From positions 1 through 47,233 of the forward strand of contig JASLXV010000014.1 of assembly GCA_030740155.1 (NCBI GenBank): a stretch of 47,233 nt of DNA, read 5' to 3'. The position numbers and the translations under genes are program-made. Shown here piece after piece: positions 1 to 9,201 of this stretch. The notes beneath the pieces are model-generated. The model did no database searches and was not told where the DNA came from. It worked only from the letters and a program-made list of their open reading frames with translations. The first letter of the stretch is position 1. The number at the start of each line of letters is the position of its first letter. This DNA is from Dehalococcoidia bacterium. GTDB taxonomy: Bacteria; Chloroflexota; Dehalococcoidia; Lucifugimonadales; UBA3495.

Positions 1-162
1 GCCTACTACCAGGCAAACAAGGTCGCGCGGGAGCAGCACTGGGAGTGGAGCTTGTTCTACACGAACTCCCCCTGGGCAGCTGGTCCCAAGGTCAAGTCTT
101 GGTCGCCCTCGGCGATGGTGCCCTACGCCAGCGCCCTCTGGACGGTCGAGCTTAACCAATAA
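1..162 (+). CDS. C-terminal fragment of ABC transporter substrate-binding protein (family 5, DppA/OppA-like), 5' truncated
   Basis: Open frame from base 1 (AYYQANKVAREQHWEWSLFYTNSPWAAGPKVKSWSPSAMVPYASALWTVELNQ*) resembles SBP5 C-termini; lies directly upstream of a DppB-type permease. Confidence 0.65.
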   Translation, partial: AYYQANKVAREQHWEWSLFYTNSPWAAGPKVKSWSPSAMVPYASALWTVELNQ

Positions 163-418
163 TCTTTAAAACCCTTTGAGCGGGGGTTCGGGGAGTCAGC
201 ATGGCCCCGGCCCCCGCGCTCTTGGGTGGAAGTTCCCAGGTTGGCCCACGTGAGTTGGCTTGCCAATGACCCTGGGCCCCCTGGGATGGCATCGGCATCG
301 AAAAGGGGCCGGCGGGCTTCCCGCCGTGCCCTGTAAACCGGGCATGGCGGCCCTACGGGGCCGCCATTTTCGAGAACAAGCACCCGCCACCGGGTGAGAA
401 GACTGGAGGCATTGCCGC

Positions 419-1336
419 ATGGGCCGCTTTATCCTTTTCCGGCTGCTTCAGGCCGCCATTACGTTGCTGGCCCTCAGCGCCGGGGTCTTCTTCGCCGTGA
501 ACATAACCGGAGACGTGGTGTCTTTTCTGACCAATCCCCAGGATACCCAGGAAGAGCGGCAGGCGATGCGGGAGAGGCTGGGTCTGGACCGGCCGGTCTA
601 CGTGCAGTACGCCAAGTTCTTGGGACACATGGTTAAGGGCGATTTCGGCGATTCTCCAACCTGGGGCGTGCCGGCCAGAGACCTGCTGGCGGAACGCCTG
701 CCCAACACCATCAAGCTTGCCGCCGCCGGGTTTCTGTTAACCGTGATCATCGGCATTCCCTTAGGAATCATATCCGCGGTAAACCGGCGCGGCTTGGTCG
801 ACCGCGTGGTGACACCCCTCGCCATCGTCGGGATGGCCGCCCCCCAATTCTGGGTGGGAGTAATGCTCATCCTTCTCTTTGGGGCCATATTAGGTTGGCT
901 CCCCACCTTCGGGATGGGCGGGCCCAGCCACTTCGTTCTGCCCGCTTTCTCCCTGTCCCTATTCCTCATTGCGGGCATGGTGCGGCTCACCCGGTCCAGC
1001 ATGCTGGAGGTACTCGACAGCGAGTACATCAAGTTTGCCCGGGTCAAAGGGCTGGCCGATTGGCTGGTCATCTGGAAGCATGCCCTCAAGAACGCCGTCA
1101 TCCCCGTCATGACCTTCGCCGGCATAAGCCTTGGCGGGCTCCTCAACGGCTCCATCGTGGTGGAGGTGGTGTTCGCCTGGCCGGGCGTGGGAAGGTTGAT
1201 GCTGACCTCTGTCACCCAGCGGGACTTCACCGTGGTGGAGGCCACGGTCCTGACCTCCGGAGGGCTGTACATCTTGATGGCGACCATCGTGGATATTTTG
1301 TACGCTTACGTGGACCCCAGAATACGGGAGACCTAG
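419..1336 (+). CDS. dppB: Peptide/nickel ABC transporter permease (DppB/OppB type)
   Basis: 305 aa; GLDRPVYVQY, GDFGDS, EAA loop TRSSMLEVLDSEYIKFARVKGL, VFAWPGVG, C-terminal DPRIR; GGAGG RBS upstream. Confidence 0.93.
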   Translation: MGRFILFRLLQAAITLLALSAGVFFAVNITGDVVSFLTNPQDTQEERQAMRERLGLDRPVYVQYAKFLGHMVKGDFGDSPTWGVPARDLLAERLPNTIKLAAAGFLLTVIIGIPLGIISAVNRRGLVDRVVTPLAIVGMAAPQFWVGVMLILLFGAILGWLPTFGMGGPSHFVLPAFSLSLFLIAGMVRLTRSSMLEVLDSEYIKFARVKGLADWLVIWKHALKNAVIPVMTFAGISLGGLLNGSIVVEVVFAWPGVGRLMLTSVTQRDFTVVEATVLTSGGLYILMATIVDILYAYVDPRIRET

Positions 1337-1435
1337 CCAAGGCGTCCCTTTCCAAGGAAACACGGCGTCCGGGATCGCGGGGTCCCGGGACTACCTCTTC
1401 CAAAGTGGGACTTCCAGGCAGTGTTGGAGCGGAGG

Positions 1436-2218
1436 ATGCGGTTCCAGTACATATTGTATGAGAGACGGGGCCAGGTGGCCTATGTAACCCTCAACCGGCC
1501 GGAGAGAATGAACGCCCTTCATTCCGCCGCCAGCGCCGAGTTATACGACGCGTTGAGTGATATGGAAGGTGACTCGGACGTGCGAGTGGCGGTGATCACC
1601 GGCACCGGCGACCGGGCCTTCTGCGCCGGCAACGACCTGAAGTATGCCGCGGAGCACACCACTGAGATAGGGCACCCCGTCGAGAAAGGTGGCTTCGGCG
1701 CCATTGCCCAAAGGTACGAACCCCTGACCAAGCCCATTATTGCCGCGGTCAACGGATACGCGCTGGGTGGGGGATTCGAAATGGCATTGGCCTCCGATAT
1801 CATCGTGGCGGCGGACCACGCCCAGTTCGGCCTCACCGAGCCCAAGTGGGGCAGGGTAGCCGGCACCGGTATTCAACGCTTGCCCCGGCAACTGCCGCTG
1901 AAGATTGCGATGGGTTTGATTCTTACCGGCGGCCGCATCAGCGCCCAGGACGCCTTGACGGCCGGACTGGTCAACGAGGTGGTCCCCCTCGGGGACCTCA
2001 TCCCGGCGGCGGACCGGTGGGCCGCTCAGATAGTGGAGTGCGCTCCCCTATCGGTCCAGGCCTGTAAACAAGCGATCACGATGGGCGCGGACCTTCCCCT
2101 GGATGCAGCACTGGCACGCCGCTACCCGATACACGAACAGGTGGGCCTCTCTTTGGACCGGGCCGAAGGCGCCAAGGCTTTCTCCGAGAAGCGCCGCCCG
2201 GTATGGCAGGGGCGTTAA
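1436..2218 (+). CDS. Enoyl-CoA hydratase/isomerase (crotonase family, CaiD-like)
   Basis: TLNRPERMNAL, AFCAGNDLK, AVNGYALGGGFE, FGLTEPKWG, C-terminal AFSEKRRPVWQGR; ATG 1436 chosen (GTG 1421 alternative). Confidence 0.93.
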   Translation: MRFQYILYERRGQVAYVTLNRPERMNALHSAASAELYDALSDMEGDSDVRVAVITGTGDRAFCAGNDLKYAAEHTTEIGHPVEKGGFGAIAQRYEPLTKPIIAAVNGYALGGGFEMALASDIIVAADHAQFGLTEPKWGRVAGTGIQRLPRQLPLKIAMGLILTGGRISAQDALTAGLVNEVVPLGDLIPAADRWAAQIVECAPLSVQACKQAITMGADLPLDAALARRYPIHEQVGLSLDRAEGAKAFSEKRRPVWQGR

Positions 2219-2532
2219 TCAGTAAGCATAGGAAGGGGTAGCTGGCGGGTAGCGGAAAATTTGAACAAGGGCACCGGGAGCCGGTCCAGGAATGTCTGAG
2301 GAGTTGCGTCCCCCATCCTTCGGCAGGTCCGGTTGAGTCCTTTGATGCGTCGGGGACGGCTTGGAACCGGGTCCCGGCGCCGATGCCGGGTTTCCCGATG
2401 TGATGAGGGGACTTTCCCCGCCGGCGGGCACGCCACAGGACGGCATGCGGGGAAGGAATCGGGCGCGAAAGCTTAACGCGTGAACTTCAAATGCGAGGGT
2501 CAGCAGCATAGGGCGCTGGCCGGGAGATCGAG

Positions 2533-3627
2533 ATGGTTGCGAGCACTTTGGCGACCAAAGAGAGCATCCGAGCGAAGATTGAGGGCCTGATGGGCAAGCC
2601 CTTTCATACCATCACGTCGGCGCCGGTAACCGCCACCGACGTGCGCCGGTGGGGAATGGCCGTCTACTGGCCGGAGAGGCCTCCCCGACTCTTCTGGGAC
2701 GAGGAGTACGCGAAGAACTCCCGTTTTGGCAGCATAGTTGCTCCCGCGGAGTTCAACCCCTTCGCTTGGCCCTTGGATGACAGCGGCCACCTGGCGCTCG
2801 GCCACCTGCCGATCTGGCCTGACATGGGCCAGATCGCGGGAGACGATCGTGGCGCCGGACTGCGCGACCCCCGGTCTAAAGAAGGCTTCGCGGTGCGGAG
2901 TTTCAGCGCCGGGAACGAGGCCGAGTACCACGCGCCGATCCGAGTGGGCGACGTGATAACCGGCACCAGCGAGATGAAAGGCGTCTACGAGAAGACCGGC
3001 CGGTCCGGCATACTGCTCTTCGGCCTGAACGAAGCCCGGCTGACCAACCAGAATAACGAGTTGGTGAAGCTGCTGCGGCACCTGCGGGTGTTCATCTTCG
3101 ACCAGCCTGACGCCCCCTCCCAGGGCCTGGACCAGGTCCGGGTAGTCCCTACCGGCAACCCGCACCAAGAATGGGCCACCCCGATGCTCTTCGATCCCAA
3201 AGGCGTGTCCTTCGACCAGATCGAGGAGGGCGGCACCCTGCCTATCTTTCGGCGATATACCGACCTCATGAACTACAACCGCTACGCTGCGGTCAACGAT
3301 GAATACGTGTACCACCACCAAGATCCAGACATCGCCAACAGCCGGGGGCAGAAAGACGTGGACGGAATGGGGCTGCTTCAATTCGCCTACCTCCACAACA
3401 TGCTTCGGCAATGGATCGGTGAGTCCGGGGACATCCTCAAGTTCGGTGTTCAATACCGGGCCAACAACGGCCGCGGAGACATCGTCACCTGCCAGGGGAA
3501 AGTGGTGCGGATGTACCAGGAGGACGGCCAGAACCTAGCGGACGTCGATATGTGGACGGAGAACCAGAGCGGGGAGACCCTATCTCCGGGGACCGCCACC
3601 GTATCCCTGCCGGCGCGGGCAAGCTGA
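2533..3627 (+). CDS. Double hot-dog (FAS1-like N-domain + MaoC) acyl-CoA dehydratase fusion
   Basis: N-half WDEEYAKNSRFGSIVAP..AGNEAEYHAPIRVGDVI; C-half YAAVNDEYVYHHQD, GDIVTCQGKV, ENQSGETLSPGTATVSLP typical of MaoC folds. Confidence 0.85.
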   Translation: MVASTLATKESIRAKIEGLMGKPFHTITSAPVTATDVRRWGMAVYWPERPPRLFWDEEYAKNSRFGSIVAPAEFNPFAWPLDDSGHLALGHLPIWPDMGQIAGDDRGAGLRDPRSKEGFAVRSFSAGNEAEYHAPIRVGDVITGTSEMKGVYEKTGRSGILLFGLNEARLTNQNNELVKLLRHLRVFIFDQPDAPSQGLDQVRVVPTGNPHQEWATPMLFDPKGVSFDQIEEGGTLPIFRRYTDLMNYNRYAAVNDEYVYHHQDPDIANSRGQKDVDGMGLLQFAYLHNMLRQWIGESGDILKFGVQYRANNGRGDIVTCQGKVVRMYQEDGQNLADVDMWTENQSGETLSPGTATVSLPARAS

Positions 3628-3665
3628 AACGGCCGAGGCGCGGGGAATCGTTTGGGAGATCAGCA

Positions 3666-5408
3666 ATGGTTGCGCAACCTGAAGTTTTAGAGACCGACGT
3701 ACTGGTCGTCGGCGGTGGCGGCGCGGGCTCTCGGGCCGCCCTCGAAGCAAGATTGGCGGGCGCCCGAGTCATTCTGGCGGTAAAGGGCCTGCACAACGCG
3801 ATGGCCATGCGGGGCGGCGGCGCCACCAACTCGGGGCAATCCGATTGGGGCGGCTTCTTCCTGGACCCGGAGACCGGCGCCGCTCACCTGGCGCCCTGGA
3901 TGGACGTCAGCAAGTCCACGGTTGAGGACTTTGTCGAGGGCGACTACCGTAACATCATCCAGGCCGGGCAAGGGATGGCCGATCCCAAACTGGTCCACAC
4001 CCTGGTCCAGGACGCGATGTCGCACCGTTACCAACTCCAGGAGTGGGGCATCAAGTTCCACGGCAGGTGGCTACTGCATCACGGCGTGCCCATAATCGCA
4101 ACGCTCAACAGGCTCCTGCAAGAGAACGGGGTCCAGATCCTCGAAGAGGTCATGGCGGCTGACTTGCTCATCCACCAGGGCCGTTGCATGGGCGCCACCG
4201 GGGTGGATTTCCAGGGCAACAGCATAGTAATCAAGGCCGGGGCAGTTATCCTGGCGACCGGGGGCGACGAAGCCCTGTACCGGTACAACTTCCACCCGCC
4301 CTGCGTCACCGGCGACGGCCACGCCATGGCCTATCAGGCAGGGGCCACCTTGACCAACATGGAGTTCGGCCAGTTCTTCCTGATCGCCCTGCCCGGCAAG
4401 GGACACCCCAACACCGGATTGCTGCGATCGCCGGGGGCGAAGCTCACCAACGGCCGGGGCGAGGAGTTCCTGTCCAACTACCTGCCGGAAGGGGTGACGG
4501 CCCAGGAAGTGCTTGACACCCGGGCCGAATACAACCCCTTCACCACCCGGGACTGCGGGAAATACTTCGACGTCGCCACCACCCAGGAGATAATCGCGGG
4601 CCGGGCTGGCCCCAACGGTGGCGTGTTTCTAGACCTGACCGAGGCTAACGTTAACCTCCGGGACCAATATGCCGAGTCCTGGCTGAACCAACAGGGCATC
4701 TATCCCGACGAGCGACCCCTGGAGATCCTCACCGGCCGGCATTGCGCCGGTGGCGGTTTGGTGATCGACGAAGACGGGGTTACCAGCATTCCGGGGCTGT
4801 ACGCCAGCGGCGGCGAGGCAGCCGCCGGCGACCACGGCGCGGACCGCCTCGGCGGCCACATGCTGGCCAGCGGCCAGGTGTTCGGCACGAGGTCCGGCCG
4901 TCACGCAGCCCGGTACGCCCAGTCCCAGGGCGTCTCCGGCGTGCCTTCCGATATCACCGGCCAGGCCCAAGAGCGCACTGCCCGCCTCAAGAGTCAGAAA
5001 GGCAGTATCTCCGTCCGAAAGGTCAAGCAGGAGATACAGCAGCGAATGTGGGAAGACATGCTGGTGGTCCGGACGCCCGAGGGCTTCGACCGGGTGCTCC
5101 AGATGGCCGCCCGCATCCGGCAGGAGAGTCTGCCGAAGCTGTCCGTGGACGGCCCCCTTGGGTTGGTGGAGGCGCTGGAGATCGACAACATGCTCACCGT
5201 GGCGGAGATGTCCACGAGGGCGGCTTCGACGCGCACCGAAAGCCGAGGCGGCCACAACCGCATGGACCACCCCGACCGAGACGATGCCAACTGGCTCCAC
5301 TCGATCTCCATCAAGAAAGAAAATGGGAGCATGAAGCTGGACAAGCTTGCCTTCGACCCCGGCTGGAAGGACCGGGAAGGAGACATGGGGCACGCCCGCT
5401 GGGGCTAG
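3666..5408 (+). CDS. FAD-binding protein of succinate dehydrogenase/fumarate reductase flavoprotein superfamily
   Basis: DVLVVGGGGAG FAD motif, LATGG, TGDGHAMAY..GA..NMEFGQF, HGADRLGG, RTESRGGH; ATG 3666 after GGGAG. Confidence 0.88.
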   Translation: MVAQPEVLETDVLVVGGGGAGSRAALEARLAGARVILAVKGLHNAMAMRGGGATNSGQSDWGGFFLDPETGAAHLAPWMDVSKSTVEDFVEGDYRNIIQAGQGMADPKLVHTLVQDAMSHRYQLQEWGIKFHGRWLLHHGVPIIATLNRLLQENGVQILEEVMAADLLIHQGRCMGATGVDFQGNSIVIKAGAVILATGGDEALYRYNFHPPCVTGDGHAMAYQAGATLTNMEFGQFFLIALPGKGHPNTGLLRSPGAKLTNGRGEEFLSNYLPEGVTAQEVLDTRAEYNPFTTRDCGKYFDVATTQEIIAGRAGPNGGVFLDLTEANVNLRDQYAESWLNQQGIYPDERPLEILTGRHCAGGGLVIDEDGVTSIPGLYASGGEAAAGDHGADRLGGHMLASGQVFGTRSGRHAARYAQSQGVSGVPSDITGQAQERTARLKSQKGSISVRKVKQEIQQRMWEDMLVVRTPEGFDRVLQMAARIRQESLPKLSVDGPLGLVEALEIDNMLTVAEMSTRAASTRTESRGGHNRMDHPDRDDANWLHSISIKKENGSMKLDKLAFDPGWKDREGDMGHARWG

Positions 5409-5461
5409 GAGATACCCGGCTATAATCGCGGTAAAGCGCAGTAAGGCTAGGAAAGGATACA

Positions 5462-6634
5462 ATGGACTTTGAACTCTCAGAAGAAGTGACGATGATGCGG
5501 GGCGCCGTTAAGCAGTTCGTCGGCCAAGAACTGCTGCCCCTGGAGCGCGAGTACAACTTCGATGAGATCTACCTACCCGACGAGAAGCGGGCCGAACTCA
5601 CCAAGAAGGTCAAGGACGCCGGCCTCTCCGGCCTGTACGTGCCGAAACAATACGGAGGGCCCGGTATTGGGTTCGTGGGCCAAGTCGCGATGCAGGAGGA
5701 GATTCACGGCGCGATGGTGGGCTACACCGCCTTCGGCAAGCCGGTCTACGAGGGGCTATACCAGTGCAACGCGGAGCAGACGGAAGAGTATCTCATTCCC
5801 GCTCTCTGGGGAGAGAAGAAGGCCTGTGCCGGTATTACCGAGCCTATATCCGGGGCCGATCCGTCGATGATGGTGACCTATGCCGAAGAGAGGGATGGGA
5901 AGTACATCATCAACGGCCGCAAGATCTTTATTAGCGGCGCGGACAAGGCGGATTTCCTCCTGTTCTACGCCCGACTGAAGGGAGTGGAGGGGCGGGAAGG
6001 TGTCACCTGCTTTTTGATGGACACCGACCTTCCGGGTTTCAACGTGGAGCGGCGGATCGAAACACTGGGAGTTCCCACCGGTTCCGGGGGCGACGTGCCC
6101 TGCGAGGTGTCCCTGGAAAACGTGGAAGTGCCGGCGGAAAACATCCTCGGAAAGCCGGGCCGGGGCTGGGACGTGCTGCAGAGTTCCCTGGGCGGGGTCA
6201 GACTCGGCTTCGGGCCCCGCACGGTGGCCCTCTCCGAAAGGTGTCTCAGGATGGCCCGGGACTACGCCACCAGCCGGGTTACTTTCGGCAGGCCTTTGGC
6301 CGACCGGCAGGCAGTCCAGTGGATGCTCGCCGATTCCGCCATCGCCATCGAGAGCCTGCGTTGGATGAGCTACCACTCCGCGTGGAAGCTGGACCAGGGC
6401 CTCGACGCCAGAACCGAGATCGCCATGCTGAAGGTCCACGGCTCGGAGACCCTGGAAAAGGTTTCGGACCGGGCCATCCAGATCCATGGGGCCATCGGCA
6501 TCTCCAAGGATTTTCCACTGGAGCAGATCTACCGCGGGGCTCGGGCGGACCGCATCGTCGACGGCCCCAACGAGGTCCACCGGGTGGTGATCGCCCGAAA
6601 CCTCACCAAGGGGTACTGGTTCCCAGGTTACTGA
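5462..6634 (+). CDS. Acyl-CoA dehydrogenase (paralogue 1)
   Basis: 390 aa; ITEPISGAD, INGRKIFISGA, RVTFGRPLADRQAVQWMLAD, AIQIHGAIG, RIVDGPNEVHR. Confidence 0.95.
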   Translation: MDFELSEEVTMMRGAVKQFVGQELLPLEREYNFDEIYLPDEKRAELTKKVKDAGLSGLYVPKQYGGPGIGFVGQVAMQEEIHGAMVGYTAFGKPVYEGLYQCNAEQTEEYLIPALWGEKKACAGITEPISGADPSMMVTYAEERDGKYIINGRKIFISGADKADFLLFYARLKGVEGREGVTCFLMDTDLPGFNVERRIETLGVPTGSGGDVPCEVSLENVEVPAENILGKPGRGWDVLQSSLGGVRLGFGPRTVALSERCLRMARDYATSRVTFGRPLADRQAVQWMLADSAIAIESLRWMSYHSAWKLDQGLDARTEIAMLKVHGSETLEKVSDRAIQIHGAIGISKDFPLEQIYRGARADRIVDGPNEVHRVVIARNLTKGYWFPGY

Positions 6635-6710
6635 AGATTGAATAACGAACCCGCGCCGGGGCATTGAGGGCCCCGGCTGGAATTGGCCGAGAGGCCGCAG
6701 AGAGAGAACC

Positions 6711-7883
6711 ATGGAATTTGGGCTTTCGGAAGAAGTACTCATGATGCGGGGTGCGGTGAGGCAGTTCGTCGAACGAGAACTGCTGCCCCTGGAGCGCGAG
6801 TACGAATATGACGAGGTCAACCTCCCCCGGGAGAAGCGGGCCGAGCTGTTCCAGCAGGTGACGGACATCGGCCTCGGGGGCCTGTTCGTGCCCAAGGAGT
6901 ACGGAGGGCCGGGGATCGGGTTCGTGGAGCGGGTCGCGGTGCAGGAGGAGATTCACGCCACCCTGGTTGGCTATTGCGCCTTCGGCCGGCCGGTCTACGA
7001 AGGGCTCGCCCTGTGCACGCCGGAGCAGAAGGAAGAGTATCTGATTCCCGCCCTGTGGGGATTGAAGCTGGCCCATGCCGGAATCTCCGAGCCCATAACC
7101 GGGGCCGACCCTTCTATGATAGAGACCTACGCCGAGTACCGGAACGGGAAATACGTCATCAACGGCCGCAAGACATTCATCTCCGGCGCCGACGAATCCG
7201 ACTTCCTCCTGATGTACGCCCGGATGCGGGGCACCGAGGGGAGAGAAGGGATCACCTGCTTCCTGGTGGACACCGACCTGCCGGGCTTCAACATAGAGCG
7301 GCACATCCCGGTGATGGGATTGCCCACGGGCGTCTTCGGCGACAAGCCCTGTGAGGTGTCTCTGGAGAACGTGGAGGTGTCGGAGGACAAAATCCTTGGG
7401 GAGATCGGCAAGGGCTGGGAGATATTGCAGAGTTCGCTGGGCGCGGTGCGGCTCGTCTTCGGCCCCCGGAATGTGGCCCTCGGCGAAAGGTGTCTCAAGA
7501 TGTCCCGGGACTACGCCACCAGCCGGACCACCTTCGGCAGGCTCCTTTCGGACCGGCAGGCGGTCCAATGGATGCTCGCCGATTCCGCCATCGCCATCGA
7601 GAGCCTCCGCTGGATGGGCTTCCATTCCGCTTGGAAGCTGGACCGGGGACTGGACGCCAGAACCGAGATCGCCATGCTGAAGGTCTTCGGCACGGAGATG
7701 CTGGAGCAGGTGTCGGACCGGGCCATTCAGATCCACGGCGCCATTGGAATCTCCAAAGACCTGCCGTTGGAGCGGATATACCGCGGGGCCCGGGCGGACC
7801 GCATTGTCGATGGCCCCAACGAGGTCCACCGGGCGGTGATCGCCCGTAATATTACCCGGGGCTATTGGTTTCCCGGCTACTAA
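6711..7883 (+). CDS. Acyl-CoA dehydrogenase (paralogue 2, tandem duplicate)
   Basis: 390 aa, colinear with the upstream paralogue, same motifs and same C-terminus GYWFPGY. Confidence 0.95.
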   Translation: MEFGLSEEVLMMRGAVRQFVERELLPLEREYEYDEVNLPREKRAELFQQVTDIGLGGLFVPKEYGGPGIGFVERVAVQEEIHATLVGYCAFGRPVYEGLALCTPEQKEEYLIPALWGLKLAHAGISEPITGADPSMIETYAEYRNGKYVINGRKTFISGADESDFLLMYARMRGTEGREGITCFLVDTDLPGFNIERHIPVMGLPTGVFGDKPCEVSLENVEVSEDKILGEIGKGWEILQSSLGAVRLVFGPRNVALGERCLKMSRDYATSRTTFGRLLSDRQAVQWMLADSAIAIESLRWMGFHSAWKLDRGLDARTEIAMLKVFGTEMLEQVSDRAIQIHGAIGISKDLPLERIYRGARADRIVDGPNEVHRAVIARNITRGYWFPGY

Positions 7884-7940
7884 AGGTTTGGCGGCTTAGG
7901 GGTGACCGGCGGTCCCCCAAGCCCGGAGGCAACAACAACC

Positions 7941-9156
7941 ATGACGAGCGGACTCTTGGACGGGATCAAGGTGGTCGACATTACCCATATGTTGGCCGGC
8001 CCGTACTGTGCCCAATGGCTGGGTGACTTGGGCGCCGACGTGATCAAGGTCGAGGCCACCGGCCAGGGAGACCGGTCGCGGCACTCCGCTCCTTCAATCA
8101 TGAAAGACGGCAAGATCGGCTACGGCCTTCTTGCGGTGAATCGCAACAAGCGCGGCATCTCCGTGAACCTGTCCACCGAAGAAGGACGTAATATCATCTA
8201 TAAGCTGGTGGAGCAGGCGGACGTGTTCCTGGTGAACCTCCGGGCGACGACGGTCAAGAAGCTGGGCCTGAGCTACGAGGAACTGCGGCGGATCAACCCC
8301 AAACTGGTTTACGCCTCGATAACCGGTTTCGGGGACAAGGGGCCCTACAAGGACCTGCCCGGCCAAGACCTGCAGATTCAAGCCATGACCGGCCTGATGA
8401 GCATAACCGGCTACAAGGACCGGACTTCCGTGCCGGCCGGCGAGGCGATCGCCGACGCGGTGACGGGTATTCAGACCGCCTTTGGCGTCTTGGCCGCCCT
8501 CTACGCCCGGCACGACAGCGGCGTGGGTCAGGAGGTCAAGACCTCCCTCTTCGCCTGCCTCCTCGGCCTTTTCCCGCAGCAGGTGGCGTTCTACATGGGA
8601 AACCACTTGATCTCCCCCAAGGCCGAGACGGGGTCAACCCACTCCACTCCACGCCACCCTACGGCGTCTGGCGGACCAAGGATGACAAGGAGGTGGCCAT
8701 CTCCACCTGGCGGGATGAGCCCTGGAAAGGGTTCTGCGAGGGCACCGGCCGGACCGACCTGCTGGAAAACCCCAAATTTGAAGGCAGTGACCAGCGCTGG
8801 GACCATCGGGAGGAGCTTAAAGACATCGTCCAGGACATAATGCTGCAGAAGACCCGGGACGAATGGATACCGCTGCTTCGCAAGCACGGACAGTGGATCG
8901 TGCCCGTGCGCAACTTCGAAGAGATCTGCACCGAAGACACCCACCTCCGGGACAACGGGCTGATGTTCGACCTGGACCACCCGGAGTTGGGCACCAGCAC
9001 CTTCTATGGTCTACCGATCAAACTCAGCGAGACCCCTATGACCGCTCGGAAACACGCCCCCTCCTCGGCGAGCACACCGGAGAGGTACTCCAGGAGCTTG
9101 GCTTTAGCGAGACGGAGATCGGCGAGTTCGTCCGGGCGGGCGTAGTCCAGGTCTGA
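7941..9156 (+). pseudogene. CaiB/BaiF family (class III) CoA-transferase, interrupted by two frameshifts (real or sequencing error)
   Basis: LDGIKVVD..AGPYC..LGDLGADVIKVE, NRNKRG; removing a 5-bp duplication (ACTCC, ~8641-8650) gives STPPYGVWRTKD; adding one C to the run at 9057-9061 gives HAPLLGEHTGEVLQELG; reconstructed 403 aa. Confidence 0.88.
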
Positions 9157-9186
9157 ACCATTGTCTGAACCATTGCCTGAACAATT
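9151..9186 (+). repeat. Three tandem 12-bp direct repeats (GTCTGAACCATT x2, GCCTGAACAATT)
   Basis: Read directly; begins over the CoA-transferase stop codon and ends just before the dppC RBS. Confidence 0.9.
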
Positions 9187-9201
9187 GATGGAGGGTCCCC
9201 A

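Noticed and set aside
2391..2412. Second TGTGATGA-loop hairpin like the thrC leader
   Set aside because: Only a 5-bp stem with a competing GGGGA/TCCCC hairpin and no U-tract; probably chance
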